Source: a virus (Duplodnaviria > Caudoviricetes). From it: a stretch of 64,000 nt of DNA. The notes beneath the pieces were generated by a model. The model was not told the DNA's origin. It was given only the letters and a program-made list of their open reading frames with translations, and searched no databases. This document shows positions 1-9,753 of this stretch, in pieces. The stretch covers positions 96,193 through 160,192 of the IMG/VR virus record IMGVR_UViG_3300026549_000038; one strand, given 5' to 3'. Each line of letters begins with the position of its first letter. The stretch's first letter is position 1. The position numbers and the translations under genes are program-made.

Positions 1-129
1 TAGGTTAGAGTGCGATTATGCTTGTAACCTATCATATATTACCAATAGACGATATTCTTACTGAGCGAGATAAGTGTACACGGAAGGAAGTAGAGAAAGA
101 AATAATAGAAAAATTGAAAAAGAAATAAT

Positions 130-306
130 ATGACAGTAGGTGAATTAATACGAGAATTGCAGAAGTATGATGAAAAATTGCCCGTTGCTATAGATGGAGA
201 TATTTATTTTCCACCACAAACGCAAATAACAGTAAGCGTTAAAACTTGGGAGGATAGTAATTACCCATATGATTTACCGGATTTTGATTATCTAAATTTA
301 GAGTAA
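130..306 (+). CDS. small hypothetical phage protein (58 aa, MTVGELIRELQKYDEKLPV...)
   Basis: Hand-translated ATG130..TAA306; tightly packed with neighbours; MTVxELIxxL start typical of small phage genes. Confidence 0.7.
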   Translation: MTVGELIRELQKYDEKLPVAIDGDIYFPPQTQITVSVKTWEDSNYPYDLPDFDYLNLE

Positions 307-307
307 T

Positions 308-571
308 ATGACAAGAGAAGAAGCAAAACTGACATTACAGGAGAACTTTGGGTATCTAACAAATGAGCACCCAAGAATTACTGAAGCACTTAGAGTTGCT
401 TTGGAAGTACTTAATGAAGACATTCTTCCCTCCAATTTTGATGAAGCAGTGGCTAAGTACTTAGAATCTCAAACTCCTGCTGACCAAGGGGAAGAAATGA
501 CTATCTACAATGCTTTCAAATCAGGTGCAGAGTGGGTAATAAAACAATTAAAGGGGAATAAAATAAAATAA
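308..571 (+). CDS. hypothetical phage protein
   Basis: 87-aa ORF in run of small co-oriented genes; AFKSGAEW motif typical of Bacteroidota phage small proteins. Confidence 0.75.
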   Translation: MTREEAKLTLQENFGYLTNEHPRITEALRVALEVLNEDILPSNFDEAVAKYLESQTPADQGEEMTIYNAFKSGAEWVIKQLKGNKIK

Positions 572-590
572 AAAACAGTAAAAAATAATA

Positions 591-965
591 ATGGAACTTA
601 AAAGAAGAATAAAACTCAATCCCGTTGTTGCGTTTCGTAGGTCGGAGCAGAATCCGTATATGTACGGATTGCAGATGAAGCGTAAATTGACTGTTCGTGA
701 GGCTTGTCACATTTATCGCAACATATTGCTGTTCAACATTGACCTTGCGATAGACGATATAAAATGTGACAGTTTTGTGAAAGAAGAACTTCGTAGATTT
801 TACAACGACATTACTGAAGCGATGAATAATTTCATCAAGGGTGACATTGGTTGGAGTGGGTTGTGTGATGCGACTTATTGCTATGATACGGATGAGGACG
901 ATGGACTTTCCGTGGCTGCTGCATTGAAACTAACTGAGTATCTACAACAGAAAGGAATTGTATAA
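591..965 (+). CDS. hypothetical protein
   Basis: 124-aa ORF with A-rich upstream region. Confidence 0.75.
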   Translation: MELKRRIKLNPVVAFRRSEQNPYMYGLQMKRKLTVREACHIYRNILLFNIDLAIDDIKCDSFVKEELRRFYNDITEAMNNFIKGDIGWSGLCDATYCYDTDEDDGLSVAAALKLTEYLQQKGIV

Positions 966-968
966 GAT

Positions 969-1088
969 ATGAGTGTAAAAGACTATGATTTTGTAGGAGA
1001 GTCTACCATAGAGAAAAATGGAGACGATAACCCAATAGTGAGTTATTGGGTTATATATTCAAATATAAAAAAAGGAGATAACAAATGA
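969..1088 (+). CDS. small hypothetical protein (39 aa)
   Basis: Hand-translated MSVKDYDF...GDNK*; stop overlaps next start (ATGA). Confidence 0.45.
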   Translation: MSVKDYDFVGESTIEKNGDDNPIVSYWVIYSNIKKGDNK

Positions 1089-1495
1089 CAAGAGAAGAAA
1101 AACAGTTATTGCTCAAAGACCTCAGTGCAAGATTACCTTATGGTGTAATCTGCGACATGTGGTTTGAATATAACGAGGCCGACAAGATAACTGAAGTATT
1201 AAAATGCGGTGGATTGATGAGACTCATGAATAGTGAGTTTAATTTCATAGTTAAACCATATCTCCGCCCAATGTCAAGCATGACTGAAGAGGAAAAGGAT
1301 GAATTAAGACAAATAAGCGAGGTATATCTTGATGATTGGTTAACTGCAGGCAGTAATTTACTTAAATGGAAAATAGACGCTAAATTATTAAGCATGAGAA
1401 CTACCTTTTATAATTCTCATCATTTTGATTGGAATGACTTGATTCCCATGGGTCTTGCATTGGAAGCACCAGAAGGAATGTATAAAGAAATTTAA
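1085..1495 (+). CDS. conserved hypothetical phage protein
   Basis: KDLSARLPYGV...KPYLRPMSSMTEEE...HHFDWNDLIPMGLALEAPEGMY pattern recalled from Bacteroides/Prevotella phage proteins. Confidence 0.8.
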   Translation: MTREEKQLLLKDLSARLPYGVICDMWFEYNEADKITEVLKCGGLMRLMNSEFNFIVKPYLRPMSSMTEEEKDELRQISEVYLDDWLTAGSNLLKWKIDAKLLSMRTTFYNSHHFDWNDLIPMGLALEAPEGMYKEI

Positions 1496-1504
1496 TATGT
1501 CAAT

Positions 1505-1672
1505 ATGTCAAAATCTGAATTTAGACAACAGGTAGCTTTACAGGCTGTTCAGGGAGTTATAGAAGCCAAAGGAGGCATTATTGGTGAGCTGGACCCATGT
1601 CTTTTAGCTAAAGAGGTGATTAGAATAGCAGAATGTGTTACAGATAGGTATTTTGAAAAGTATCCAGAATAA
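1505..1672 (+). CDS. small hypothetical protein (55 aa)
   Basis: Hand-translated MSKSEFRQQVALQAVQG...YPE*; fills the gap between called ORFs. Confidence 0.65.
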   Translation: MSKSEFRQQVALQAVQGVIEAKGGIIGELDPCLLAKEVIRIAECVTDRYFEKYPE

Positions 1673-1708
1673 CGTTTTATTATAAAATAAATAAATATAT
1701 AAGCAGCT

Positions 1709-2518
1709 ATGAAAACAGTTACAACCCTGGTTGCAGTATTTTTGTTAACTGCTTGTACTGCAATGTACTTTCCAACAAACTCCGGTTATACAAAGAATAG
1801 TATCTATTACACATCTGTCGATGAAATAGAAAAGCCGGTTTCTGATACAGTGTCCATTGAGACTGAAAACTATACAGAAAAACTTCGTAAGTTTGATTCT
1901 CCAACCTACGCTGTTGAATTAAATCTGACCCCATGGTACCCTTCCTACTATTGGAGATTTTCAGGATGGGCTTTATCTCCGTATGTATATTCTGAGATAT
2001 ACTGGAACTGGAGATGGGGTACCCGTTACGGATACTGGGGATACTACAATCCTTACAGATATTACAATCCTTACAGACACTATTGGGACTGGAACAGACC
2101 ATATTATACCCACAGACCATATCGTCCAAATCATAAGCCGAGTAGAGAAGTAAGGTATACGAGAAGAGGAGGAATGGTGGGACCTACACCATCTTATAGG
2201 TCTAAAAGTGTAACCCGTTCAAATAGAACCACTTACAAGCAATCTACCAACAGGTCTAGTTCTTCTACAAGAACAGCCACTCAGAGAAGAAGCACTTCAA
2301 CCAGATACAGCTCTGGAAATCAAACACAAAGAACAGGTTACAGTAGATCCCAGAATACAGGCAGAGACTATTATCGCAGTTCTTCTTCCACTCCAAGAAA
2401 CTATCAACCATCTGTAAGATATAACGAAAGGAGTACAAAGAGTACAAGCAGCTATCAGGGAAGCCCGAAGAGTAATTCTGGCAATGGATCTGGCGGATCA
2501 TCGACGAGAAGGAGATAA
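1709..2518 (+). CDS. putative lipoprotein with aromatic-rich middle and Arg/Ser-rich disordered tail
   Basis: MK + hydrophobic stretch + LTAC lipobox (Cys16); Y/W/G-rich then R/S/T-rich regions. Confidence 0.7.
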   Translation: MKTVTTLVAVFLLTACTAMYFPTNSGYTKNSIYYTSVDEIEKPVSDTVSIETENYTEKLRKFDSPTYAVELNLTPWYPSYYWRFSGWALSPYVYSEIYWNWRWGTRYGYWGYYNPYRYYNPYRHYWDWNRPYYTHRPYRPNHKPSREVRYTRRGGMVGPTPSYRSKSVTRSNRTTYKQSTNRSSSSTRTATQRRSTSTRYSSGNQTQRTGYSRSQNTGRDYYRSSSSTPRNYQPSVRYNERSTKSTSSYQGSPKSNSGNGSGGSSTRRR

Positions 2519-2586
2519 TATAAAATCACTTTAAATATTTTGATGTTTATTTATATTTTTAATAAACATTTTAATAGATTTGTATT

Positions 2587-3102
2587 ATGGGATGGGGAAC
2601 TTATTTTACGATGACTCACTATTTCAACCGTGAGACCTATACTTGTTTGAGCCAGGTTGAGGATGCGATTAGCGAAACCAAAAGAAATATTCAGAGTATC
2701 GAATCAGAAATCAATGCTCTCGCTCTGATGACAGAACCTAAAAAATTTATCTCTGAAGAATCGGATCCTTTGTATACCATACAACACCGAGTCAAAGAGC
2801 TCATGGAGGAATATGGTCGACTTTCTATAGACATATATATGCTCTCGGATCTGAAAGAAAACTGGGACGAATGTCATAAGACTATCAACGGCGAGGTATA
2901 CGGTATAGAACCAGACCCTAAAGAAGGCAGGAACAGCTGGGAGGGGCCTAGGTACTATTGTTCAGGAGACTTTATCAAGTCCGTTTACCCTGACGGAACC
3001 ATAACGGAAGGCACCAAAAGCCTCGAAGAGGAACAGCGAGCTTGGAAGGAAACAATAGATGAGATGCGAGGTCCCGCACCTTCAGGATCACAAGGTAATT
3101 AA
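2587..3102 (+). CDS. hypothetical protein (coiled-coil)
   Basis: 171-aa ORF, converges on baseplate operon with a shared TTAA. Confidence 0.75.
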   Translation: MGWGTYFTMTHYFNRETYTCLSQVEDAISETKRNIQSIESEINALALMTEPKKFISEESDPLYTIQHRVKELMEEYGRLSIDIYMLSDLKENWDECHKTINGEVYGIEPDPKEGRNSWEGPRYYCSGDFIKSVYPDGTITEGTKSLEEEQRAWKETIDEMRGPAPSGSQGN

Positions 3103-6100
3103 GACTTCAGAAGTTTAAACGCACTGTTTCTTCGTAGTTCTCGCGGTGTAGGATCAGACTTGAGCCGGTATCTAAAAATTATATCATAGAAACCTGGTTC
3201 AAGTTTTTCTTTTGCTGCCACAAACGGAGATTGGGTACTTATATTATTTCCATTCAATGATCTTACGAAATATGATTTGTTCTTAGAAACGTTCTTAAAC
3301 TCCCATTCGACAGCCGCTATCTCATGGCTGTACTTTATATCCGGAACCACACAGAGGGTCTCGTTTGGTGCTATAAGACAGTCCTCAAAATTTGTATTTT
3401 CCATTTCTTTCGTGGAGTGTTTCCAGTTTATAAAACCATAATCATTTCTATATATATTATCTTTATAAGTACACATTACGTTTTGGGGGTTGTTGAGAAG
3501 GCTTGTAGGATCGAAATTAAATTCTTTTGAAACACCTACTACGTATTGTACAGTACTGCTCGGAACCCAATCGTTTCCCTCAAGTATTAGCTTGTACTTT
3601 TTAAATACTTCATAGTATGGAGACATAGAATTAACCAAACTATTAACTTGGTCTTGTGAAGTGATACGATATATTAATATATTACTCATTCTTATACTAG
3701 AAGATTCTTCGCTGCTGTGTGGAATGAATATGTTGTATCTATAATTTTTTGTCCATTCTGTCCAAGATTCTTCATCTTTTGAGCCCCAAGACAAGTCGGT
3801 CTGAAGCTCATCGAATGGCTGCAGTCTCATCATGTAATCTGAAACTGGCAGTTTAATGCCATGTTCTTCTTGACTAAAACTCTCGACAGTGCGTGATTCA
3901 TCTGCGTATACTTTCATGATTTTTATAGTAGCGTTTGATATATCTACTGTGTTGATAATCAATGTTTTAACGATGTTTTCACCAGATGTCAATCTAAACT
4001 CAAATCTCAATTGCCACTTCGCATCTCTAGTAAAGAGGAGTTGAAACGAAATAGGTAATTTATATTTGTTTGTATCAGGATCTATTTCAGTTTCAGATGG
4101 GATTGAAATATGACTTTCTCTATAAACTTCTGTCAGTGGCTGGTTGTTTTTATCGAGTTCGATCACATACAGCTTTTCTTCAAACACCGAATCCACCTCA
4201 GGTAGCCACAAAGTCATGTTAAAAGGAACTATTACACCTACTCCGGCAAAGCGCTGTACCCAATAATTTCTTTGGTAGTTATCATATTGACTATTATATA
4301 TATTATTGCCTGATGGACTTGCAGGCATAAGGTCCTGAGGACTATAGAAATTACTCTGCACTCCGACCACCACAGCTGTATTATAATCTCGGCTTTGTTT
4401 TTGAATTTCATACCCCTCCAATACTTCAGCCGAGTACTGGTCTGTACCATTTAATCCCCATGTTTCGTCATAGGTCTTATCATCGCTATATTCTCGCGGA
4501 TAGTCCCAAGCAAAAAGAGTATTCCACGCTGTATATGTTTGGCAGTTATGAAGCGGGAAAGTATCGTCATCTTTTATGTTACATTCAATCTCTCGAGTTT
4601 GATAGGAATAATCTATTCTTTGACAAGTTCCTGAAAAAATAGATCTGAATGAATCTGTATATACAATATCTTCAATTGTACAGTGAAGCAGTTCGAGATG
4701 GATAGGCATGAAGAATGTTTCATAAAATGCTCCCAGCATCGCCAACTTTAAACTCAGGTCTTCTTTTGACCATAAAGTGACAACCGGTTCAAGTTCTGGT
4801 ACTAATTGATCTGGGTCATAAACTACATCACCATTTGATAGCTTGGCTTTTTGCAGCGCAGCGTATATCGATAGGTATGTTGTCTTTCTGAATACTGATA
4901 AAGATTCTTTGTAATTGTTGGTGAGCAAACTAGATAGTTCTTCGTCTGTAAAATATTTGTTATTCATGACACCATCCCTTGCCCAAATCTCACGCAGTCT
5001 TATTATATCTCCCCATTCAAACCAGTTCAAGCTGTTTATCAAACTCTTATATGACCCTCTGCCAGCGAGAACATCCCAATACTGACTAATCAGTTCTTTT
5101 AATTTTCTGTTAATCAATATGTTATCTTTCTTTTCTTCCTGTATGTTGCTCGTATACAGAGCTTTCTGAATACTGTCAGGAAGTTCTACACCCATGTTGG
5201 CCAGATTTATATATAGGTTTTCGTTTTCAGCATAAACATCGCAACCTACAAAAAATTCTTCATCTCCTACAGAAAATGGATGAACATACTGGCCTGGTTC
5301 AGAAGCCATGGAGTATATATAAATAGGATATATATAACTATCATTTAGATATTGACCTGTGATTTCTAGAGTATCCACAAACATATCTGATATGCTAGAA
5401 TACGAACTATAATCCGCCAATTTTTCATTATCAATCAACTTAAAGACGCTGTTTGGATTCATGCTGACAGTTATTGTTTCTGATGTGCCCGCTGCCCATA
5501 TGGTTTGAGAGTAGTTCATGGCTGTGCTTTGTCCCTGACCAGGCATCCAAAATATGTAAGGTTTGTTTCCGTCAAATAACACTCCAGATTCTGAGTCAAC
5601 GAACCCACGTAGTTTCTGACGACCTCGGAGTACAACAACTATGTACTCTGGTCCTTTATATGCTTCATGTGTCTCGGCCGGATCTTCATAAATCATTTCT
5701 ATTTTGAACACAATTTCAGTGTCTCCTATCAGATTTGAATTTCCAGGAAACTCCAAACCAACTATAGCCGAATTATTACGACTCGAAGCTTTAACTAAAA
5801 ACCCAGTTCCTTTGATATCTGTTTGAACTATGTCTTGTAACACAGTCCAATCTTCTCCTCCGTTAAGACTATATGATACAACTCTGGATTCTCCTTCAGT
5901 GAACGGACCGCCAAAAGGACTGCCATTCGCCCGTCCTGCCGTCACAAAGAGCGAAGTGGAACCGTTAACTACAAAATCATAATCAATAATAGTTTTCCAA
6001 GTAAATACAGTTGTTCCATCTACCTGATGCTCATCTATTTTTGAAGTCCCAGGAAAATTTAAATTGTTTTGATTATTAATTCTAACACCAATTCTATTTG

Positions 6101-6125
6101 AATTATTGTGTAAAGTATCTATCAT
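3099..6125 (-). CDS. putative baseplate wedge/structural protein
   Basis: 1008 aa, directly downstream of gp6-like gene; RGSYKSLINSL segment resembles the gp7/gpI-type wedge motif. Confidence 0.5.
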   Translation of the reverse strand: MIDTLHNNSNRIGVRINNQNNLNFPGTSKIDEHQVDGTTVFTWKTIIDYDFVVNGSTSLFVTAGRANGSPFGGPFTEGESRVVSYSLNGGEDWTVLQDIVQTDIKGTGFLVKASSRNNSAIVGLEFPGNSNLIGDTEIVFKIEMIYEDPAETHEAYKGPEYIVVVLRGRQKLRGFVDSESGVLFDGNKPYIFWMPGQGQSTAMNYSQTIWAAGTSETITVSMNPNSVFKLIDNEKLADYSSYSSISDMFVDTLEITGQYLNDSYIYPIYIYSMASEPGQYVHPFSVGDEEFFVGCDVYAENENLYINLANMGVELPDSIQKALYTSNIQEEKKDNILINRKLKELISQYWDVLAGRGSYKSLINSLNWFEWGDIIRLREIWARDGVMNNKYFTDEELSSLLTNNYKESLSVFRKTTYLSIYAALQKAKLSNGDVVYDPDQLVPELEPVVTLWSKEDLSLKLAMLGAFYETFFMPIHLELLHCTIEDIVYTDSFRSIFSGTCQRIDYSYQTREIECNIKDDDTFPLHNCQTYTAWNTLFAWDYPREYSDDKTYDETWGLNGTDQYSAEVLEGYEIQKQSRDYNTAVVVGVQSNFYSPQDLMPASPSGNNIYNSQYDNYQRNYWVQRFAGVGVIVPFNMTLWLPEVDSVFEEKLYVIELDKNNQPLTEVYRESHISIPSETEIDPDTNKYKLPISFQLLFTRDAKWQLRFEFRLTSGENIVKTLIINTVDISNATIKIMKVYADESRTVESFSQEEHGIKLPVSDYMMRLQPFDELQTDLSWGSKDEESWTEWTKNYRYNIFIPHSSEESSSIRMSNILIYRITSQDQVNSLVNSMSPYYEVFKKYKLILEGNDWVPSSTVQYVVGVSKEFNFDPTSLLNNPQNVMCTYKDNIYRNDYGFINWKHSTKEMENTNFEDCLIAPNETLCVVPDIKYSHEIAAVEWEFKNVSKNKSYFVRSLNGNNISTQSPFVAAKEKLEPGFYDIIFRYRLKSDPTPRELRRNSAFKLLKS

Positions 6126-6141
6126 ATAATCTATTTAATAT

Positions 6142-7821
6142 TTATTCAAATGTTATTACAAGCGGATCAATAACATCAACCAATTGTTCAGAAGCATTTT
6201 TAAATTTCCAACCACCGATCAAAGCAGGATATTGTTCGTCGTTCAAAAGAAGGATGTTCCCATGACTATCAAGTCCTAGATTTGGATTTTGCCCTTCGTA
6301 AATCTTTACTGTTTCTACTTTTTTGTTATATATGCCTCTACTTGGGTCATAAGTATATTGTACATCTTCGTATTGGCCTTCTATAATAGCTGTCTCATTC
6401 TTTTCAGACAAGAAATAAAGATTGATTCCGTCAATACCAGATACTCTGTCCATAATATATTTTATAATTTCGGCTTTGGAAATATATGTATCTGATTGAA
6501 TATCTGAGAAATATTCACCCATTAATGTTCTTATTCTAGTTTCGATATATGTCCTATCTTGTGCATTCTTTTTAAGTTTGATATACATATAGAGTGCATA
6601 TCCGCAGATTTCTGGGTCGAATATGTTATATGAAGCACCAGCAAGTTGACTACCACTCTTATCTATACAGTTTTTAATAGATTGCTTTTGAAGCTCTGTG
6701 AGAACGAAATCGGATTTAGTAAGATTGAAATAATCCAAACTATTTTCCAGATTCTGCGCGTAGTTTCTCATCACCAAAGAGTTTACGACAAGACTTCCTT
6801 TTTCGCTCCAGGTTCTATTATATCCAACAAAAGAAAATTTATTTAAGAAATTTTTATAGTTCTCCGGACTTGCCAGCACAAGACTTCTGGAGTTAAGACC
6901 AATCATCTGGCGGACTTGCTCGACCTGTTCAGAGTTTGTCCCGGAAGCCACAGAATCCGGAGAAGCAAAAGTAACATTGAACATTGCGTTACCGTCAACA
7001 GTTCCTCCAGCTATATTGTTAAGAGGATCGTCAAATGTAAACCAAGTTTCTTTGTTGGTATTTAAATTACCAGCTTCTCCATCATGAAGAAGATAGGTAA
7101 TTTGTATAACATCTCCGTCTTTCAGAGCTGCCCCGTGTCTATCATTTCCGAAAATAAGATCGATTCCGCTTATATAGTTAACTTTTATTGTATATTGTTC
7201 TCCGGCTGGATCCATGTCATAAAAAGAATCCATCCGCTGCCACATTTTGTCATTTACCTTTACTTCTATGTAGTCTGCATCCAGGTTGCCGTTGAACTTA
7301 AAGTTCTGAGTATAATACATTCCTCCTCCACGACAAATGAAACTCTGACTTTCAAAACGTCCTTGCACAGCATAGAAATAACGAGTAGAACTATCTTTTC
7401 CTAGATTGATAACGACAGCTTCCTGAGGAAGTATCATCACATATCCTAGACCATTTTGAGTACAAGTCAATCTCTCGTGATTATTTATAAGTATATTCAA
7501 AGAGCTTTCATTCGTTGGCGTGTAGGTAAGAGACAACTGGACACCCGCAGCCTTACCGTAAGATGGATTATACCCGCTTAACTCCGCAAGACCATATATA
7601 CTCTTTTTTCTCTGAGCTGTGTATTTGTTTTGTTCTACTAAAGAGTCTTCTATATACAGCATCATATTTTGAATTACAGCACCAAGAGTATTAATGATTT
7701 GTCCGAAAACCGTGGAGTTACCATACCTAGCCGCGTTAGTAGAAAGCATCTTAGATATAGATGACTGCACAGCAGACATGAATTCATTATACCGAGTTTG
7801 AAGTAAATTAAAAAGTCTCAT
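6142..7821 (-). CDS. gp6: baseplate wedge subunit (T4 gp6-like)
   Basis: TAQRKKSIYGLAELSGYNP, LIFGNDRHG, YLLHDGEAGN, SGTNSEQVEQVR, LASPENY: gp6/gpJ hallmarks; follows a gp25-like gene. Confidence 0.85.
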   Translation of the reverse strand: MRLFNLLQTRYNEFMSAVQSSISKMLSTNAARYGNSTVFGQIINTLGAVIQNMMLYIEDSLVEQNKYTAQRKKSIYGLAELSGYNPSYGKAAGVQLSLTYTPTNESSLNILINNHERLTCTQNGLGYVMILPQEAVVINLGKDSSTRYFYAVQGRFESQSFICRGGGMYYTQNFKFNGNLDADYIEVKVNDKMWQRMDSFYDMDPAGEQYTIKVNYISGIDLIFGNDRHGAALKDGDVIQITYLLHDGEAGNLNTNKETWFTFDDPLNNIAGGTVDGNAMFNVTFASPDSVASGTNSEQVEQVRQMIGLNSRSLVLASPENYKNFLNKFSFVGYNRTWSEKGSLVVNSLVMRNYAQNLENSLDYFNLTKSDFVLTELQKQSIKNCIDKSGSQLAGASYNIFDPEICGYALYMYIKLKKNAQDRTYIETRIRTLMGEYFSDIQSDTYISKAEIIKYIMDRVSGIDGINLYFLSEKNETAIIEGQYEDVQYTYDPSRGIYNKKVETVKIYEGQNPNLGLDSHGNILLLNDEQYPALIGGWKFKNASEQLVDVIDPLVITFE

Positions 7822-7833
7822 ATTATATTGTTT

Positions 7834-8175
7834 TTATTCAATCACCTTATAAGTTTTTTCAAAAGAATAATCACCACGACTCATATGAATATCTAACAAA
7901 AGTATGTCGTTTTGCGTTCCGTGTAACAAATATACATTCACCGTTGGTTTATAACCAAAAAGCTGCAATTCATTAATATCATCAGTAACCTTTTGCCTTA
8001 TGGCATCATTAGATATAGTCAAATCATACAAAAACTTATCATATCTTGTTCCATACTCGCTCTGACCAAGAACATCTCCAGGCTTCGTATCAAACAAAAT
8101 ATCTAGCTGTTGCGTGATGAGTTCCTCGTCTGTTGATATAACAACAGAGTCTGTATTTAAGTTAAAATCTATCAT
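7834..8175 (-). CDS. gp25: baseplate protein gp25-like
   Basis: LFDTKPGDVLGQSEYGTRYDKFLYD matches the gp25/GPW TxxGE...YG pattern; 113 aa, upstream of gp6-like. Confidence 0.8.
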   Translation of the reverse strand: MIDFNLNTDSVVISTDEELITQQLDILFDTKPGDVLGQSEYGTRYDKFLYDLTISNDAIRQKVTDDINELQLFGYKPTVNVYLLHGTQNDILLLDIHMSRGDYSFEKTYKVIE

Positions 8176-9695
8176 TACATATCATATGTGTATTTTCCTG
8201 TGGTCACCATTGTACCAGTTTGATCCAAAATATAGTAGTTTCCATCCATCTGTTCTTTTGGAAGTCTGTTGCCTTGTATTTTAAAAATAACTCCGGAACT
8301 CAAACGTCCAATCTCCGGAAACAAAACTCCTTCCAGTTGTAATTGAAACGCTTCGACTTTCGACTTATATATGTCTAGGTTCAGACTTATGTTCTCGGTT
8401 ACTGCTGGGTGAACAACAATAGACTCAAGATCAAAAGTTTTGAAGAAGACCGGTTGGATGATATTCGATTTAGAATCGGAAATATTATCATAGGAAATAA
8501 CAGTCTTGTTAGTAATGTTAGGAATAGTTATATTATATGTATCCATATCAAGTTGTGATAGATCGTATTTTTTGTGGTTATTGTTATTTGTTGTTAAAAA
8601 CCTAAACTCTTTTTGGGTGATAGGCAGCGGATTTGATTTTATGCTAAACAATTCATCCATGTCATCGACACTAGTTCCTTCATCGTAAAAACTCAAATCA
8701 TATATGTTTATAGTTCCGTAGATGATCATGCCCGGGACGTATTCAGTCCAGTCGTTAAACATAAATGCGTTTATACTATAATGGTTTTCTGTGGTCAACG
8801 GGCTTTGCTTTTGGAGGATATCCAGGTGGTAATTTGTTGCAGCAACAGCTAAAAGCCTGTCTTTAGATACTATCAATTCATATCTTACAGCAGGATTTAT
8901 CAATCCATATGTTTCTTTAAGATATAATACAAGATCATTATCATAGATTGGATTGAAGTTTGCTGTACAAACGATCATTGGTGTTCCAGAATAAGAATCA
9001 CTATTGATGTCGAATTGTAAGTTCAGTGATAAGTTGTTATCTGGTCCTGATACGTTTATTGAATTTTGAGAACCCACATAGCCCACTCTCATTATCCACT
9101 CGTCACGAGAATCGGTTGACTGTTCTACTGGGATAAGAGAAAATCCTATTTGAGAACCTTCGCTGTTGGAATCTTGAGGTTCTCCGCAGACATTTTTACG
9201 AAAACTATCCCACCCATCATCATATATTATAGAACTAGGGTCGATTATATCAAAATCTGTATACTCTACATATTCGTTGTTACCAAATCTTTGAACACCA
9301 TTCGGGCAAGCCAGCGCGTCTTCGATTCTTGAGACTATTCTGCTTGCAAGGACAATCTCGACTCCGGATATGTGAATAGATGCTGTAAACACATATTTAG
9401 TACGATCGTATACATCCACGCTGTCCGTAGGCCAATATATCCGCAAAGTGGACTTTTTATAATTTGTCAAAGACAATGTAATCGGATCCGACCATGTGGT
9501 TTTTATAAAATTGTTGACATTTCTGTTTATATTATTTATAGACCCGGGACAGAAAACAGCAATCTTTTCAGAGTCGATTTTAAAATAACTCAAGCTCTCT
9601 CCAGAGACCATCGGCGTAGCAGATTCGTCTAGAGATACAACATAGGGATACAAGTACCCGTTGTTATTTGAGATATTTACATTTGCATATTTCAT
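8175..9695 (-). CDS. putative virion structural protein
   Basis: First gene of baseplate operon, coupled to gp25-like (TAATG), preceded by ATTATTATT. Confidence 0.6.
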   Translation of the reverse strand: MKYANVNISNNNGYLYPYVVSLDESATPMVSGESLSYFKIDSEKIAVFCPGSINNINRNVNNFIKTTWSDPITLSLTNYKKSTLRIYWPTDSVDVYDRTKYVFTASIHISGVEIVLASRIVSRIEDALACPNGVQRFGNNEYVEYTDFDIIDPSSIIYDDGWDSFRKNVCGEPQDSNSEGSQIGFSLIPVEQSTDSRDEWIMRVGYVGSQNSINVSGPDNNLSLNLQFDINSDSYSGTPMIVCTANFNPIYDNDLVLYLKETYGLINPAVRYELIVSKDRLLAVAATNYHLDILQKQSPLTTENHYSINAFMFNDWTEYVPGMIIYGTINIYDLSFYDEGTSVDDMDELFSIKSNPLPITQKEFRFLTTNNNNHKKYDLSQLDMDTYNITIPNITNKTVISYDNISDSKSNIIQPVFFKTFDLESIVVHPAVTENISLNLDIYKSKVEAFQLQLEGVLFPEIGRLSSGVIFKIQGNRLPKEQMDGNYYILDQTGTMVTTGKYTYDM

Positions 9696-9753
9696 GATTT
9701 AATAATAATGTAGGATTAAATATATTTTTATGTAACATTAATATTAGATCTAA

